Source of the DNA: Squalus acanthias
Taxonomy: Eukaryota
DNA: 64,000 bases
Assembly (NCBI GenBank): GCA_030390025.1
Contig: CM059446.1
Coordinates: forward strand, 54,560,001 to 54,624,000
Direction of reading: 5' to 3'
Part shown: positions 62,228 through 64,000 of the stretch, piece after piece
Numbering within the stretch: the stretch's first letter is position 1
Layout of the letters: each line of letters starts with the position of its first letter
The notes under the pieces: generated by a model
Databases searched by the model: none
Told to the model about the DNA's origin: nothing
The model's input: only the letters and a program-made list of their open reading frames with translations
Made by a program: the position numbers and the translations under genes

Positions 62228-62918
62228 TCGTTAACCTGCAGAAAGTTAACATTCAGGTGCAGCAAGCAATTAGGAAGGCAAATTGTATGTTGGCCTTTAT
62301 TGCAGCGGGGTTTGGAGTATAAGAGTAAGGAAGTCTTGGTGCAATTATATAGGGCCCTGGTGAGCCCACACCTGGAGTACTGTACAGTTTTGGTCTCCTT
62401 ACCTAAGGAAGGATATACTTGACTTAGAGGGAGTGCAACAAAGGGTCACTAGACTGAATCCTGGGATGAGAGGGTTGTCCTATGAGGAGAGATTGAGTAG
62501 AGTGTGCCTATGTTCTCTGGAGTTTAGAAGAAATGAGAGGTGATCTCAGCGAAACGTCTCAAATTCTTCGAGGGCTTGACAGGGTAGATGCTGAGAGGCT
62601 GTATGCCCCTTGCTGGAGAGTCCAGAACTAGGGGGCCGTAGTCTCAGGATAAGGGGTCGGCCATTTAAGACCAAGATGAGGAGAAACTTGTTCGCTCAGA
62701 GGGTTGTGAATCCTGGAATTCTCTACCCCAGAGGGCTGTGGATGCTGAGTCGTTGAGTATATTCAAGACTGATTGATAGATTTTTGGACACTAAGGGAAT
62801 CAAGGGATAGTGCAGGAAAGTGGAGTTGAAGTAGAAGATCAGCCATGATCTTACTGAATGGCGGAACAGACTCGAGGGGCCGTATGGCCTACTCCTGCTC
62901 CTAATTCTTATGTTCTAA
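62228..62918 (+). mobile_element. CR1 LINE 3' fragment
   Basis: Colinear with 20980-21670. Confidence 0.9.
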
Positions 62919-63665
62919 AGTTTACAGAAACCTACAACTTAAACTGGTTTCTCCAAAGTTCTTCCCTCCGTGGGGTACAGTTTCACATGTGCCAACAGTC
63001 CCCTTGTACCTTGGCAAAGTTCCATTCTTTATTATTGAGGATTACTGCTGAGTGTCGCAAGCTATTCGTTCACTGAGGGCACCACAGCCGGTGATGTCCA
63101 GCGAAGGTTGCTGGGTAACATGCAGAAGTGAGAACCCCCTTCAGCCCAGTGGCACTGAGGCTAAAAGTCGTGCCCCGACTCAGAATTGTTTTGGAAACTA
63201 TTGCAAGAAAGCTTGTTGAAGGGAAGGTTTTATTGACAGATTCTTGATTCAGTCAGTGTAAACAATGCATGTTCTGTCAAGTGAGAAGGTCGTAATGGAG
63301 CATGCTTTGCTGAGGGTCTGACAGTATCCTGTAGCAACCAATAAAGGAAGGAACATTGCGAATGACATCTATTGACTGTGAGGAAAATCTTTTTCGTTTC
63401 ATGAAAGAGACCAACAGGAACCTTTTTTCCAATTTACTCCAGAATTGATGACCTTATTTGGGAAGCTAGTTTAGGTATTTTTTTCCATTACGTCTTTAAT
63501 CACTTGAGTGTAATTTTTACAAATTTAAATGCATGAGAGTTTCCTCTGCTCCCACCCCCACACCCACTCCTTAGATTAAATATAAGCTTGGTTCAGTTGG
63601 TTGCGATCTCGCCTCTTGACTCTCAAACTTATGGGTTCAAATCTCACCCCGGGACTTGAACACAA

Positions 63666-64000
63666 TGGCCCTGAATTTCTGACCCCCACGGGTGCGTACG
63701 CGTCCATAGGGGCCGCGCAAGTTGCGGGTTTGGGCGTGCGAAGCGCTGAAACCCGGAACTTGCGATCTGTCAAGAATTCTCTTGACAGATCCAACGCATG
63801 CCCAAGAAAGGTGCCTTTGCGGGTGGAGAGTTGCGCGATTTGCTCAACTTCTGCCCGCTGAAAGGCCGTGGAATTCTTACGCCTCGTAAAAGGCATATAA
63901 GAGTTTAAAAAAAGTAGAAAAATAAGATTTCATCACTCACTTATAAATTAAAAACCCTGTCCAATAAGCCCCGTTAAAAACATATTAAAAAAAAAAAATT
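63666..64000. mobile_element. Start of a CpG-rich Harbinger-like element inserted after a SINE head (63585-63665), truncated by the window end
   Basis: ggccctgaatttc terminus, internal palindrome gatctgtcaagaattctcttgacagatc. Confidence 0.5.

Overview
Vertebrate nuclear DNA, most likely a cartilaginous fish (shark). This is inferred from the repeat content: SacSINE1-like DeuSINEs, many LF-SINE copies, CR1 LINEs and Penelope-type termini. The window appears to lie inside the AKAP13 (AKAP-Lbc/Brx) gene on the + strand. A 74-nt internal exon sits at 13000-13073, and the alternative first coding exon of the Brx isoform sits at 55293-55373 (MYERHKRRYSLSGISKHGRSVDVVLLK). The rest is intron packed with CR1, Zenon-like and L2 LINE fragments, SINEs, Harbinger- and pogo-type MITEs, a decayed Gypsy pol and simple repeats. 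Most ORFs in the supplied track are repeat-derived or spurious. The most striking structures are two near-perfect DNA palindromes (23211-23933 and 26499-27345) with 340-400 bp arms, a 0-5 nt loop, a short one-sided tail and 12-13 bp target-site duplications. Each arm carries a TATA-like box, a minimal hammerhead-ribozyme core and AATAAA, so they look like non-coding fold-back Penelope-like retroelements. A second, shorter family with the same architecture is also present. Family and gene names come from recognition of remembered sequences, not database searches, and repeat boundaries are approximate.
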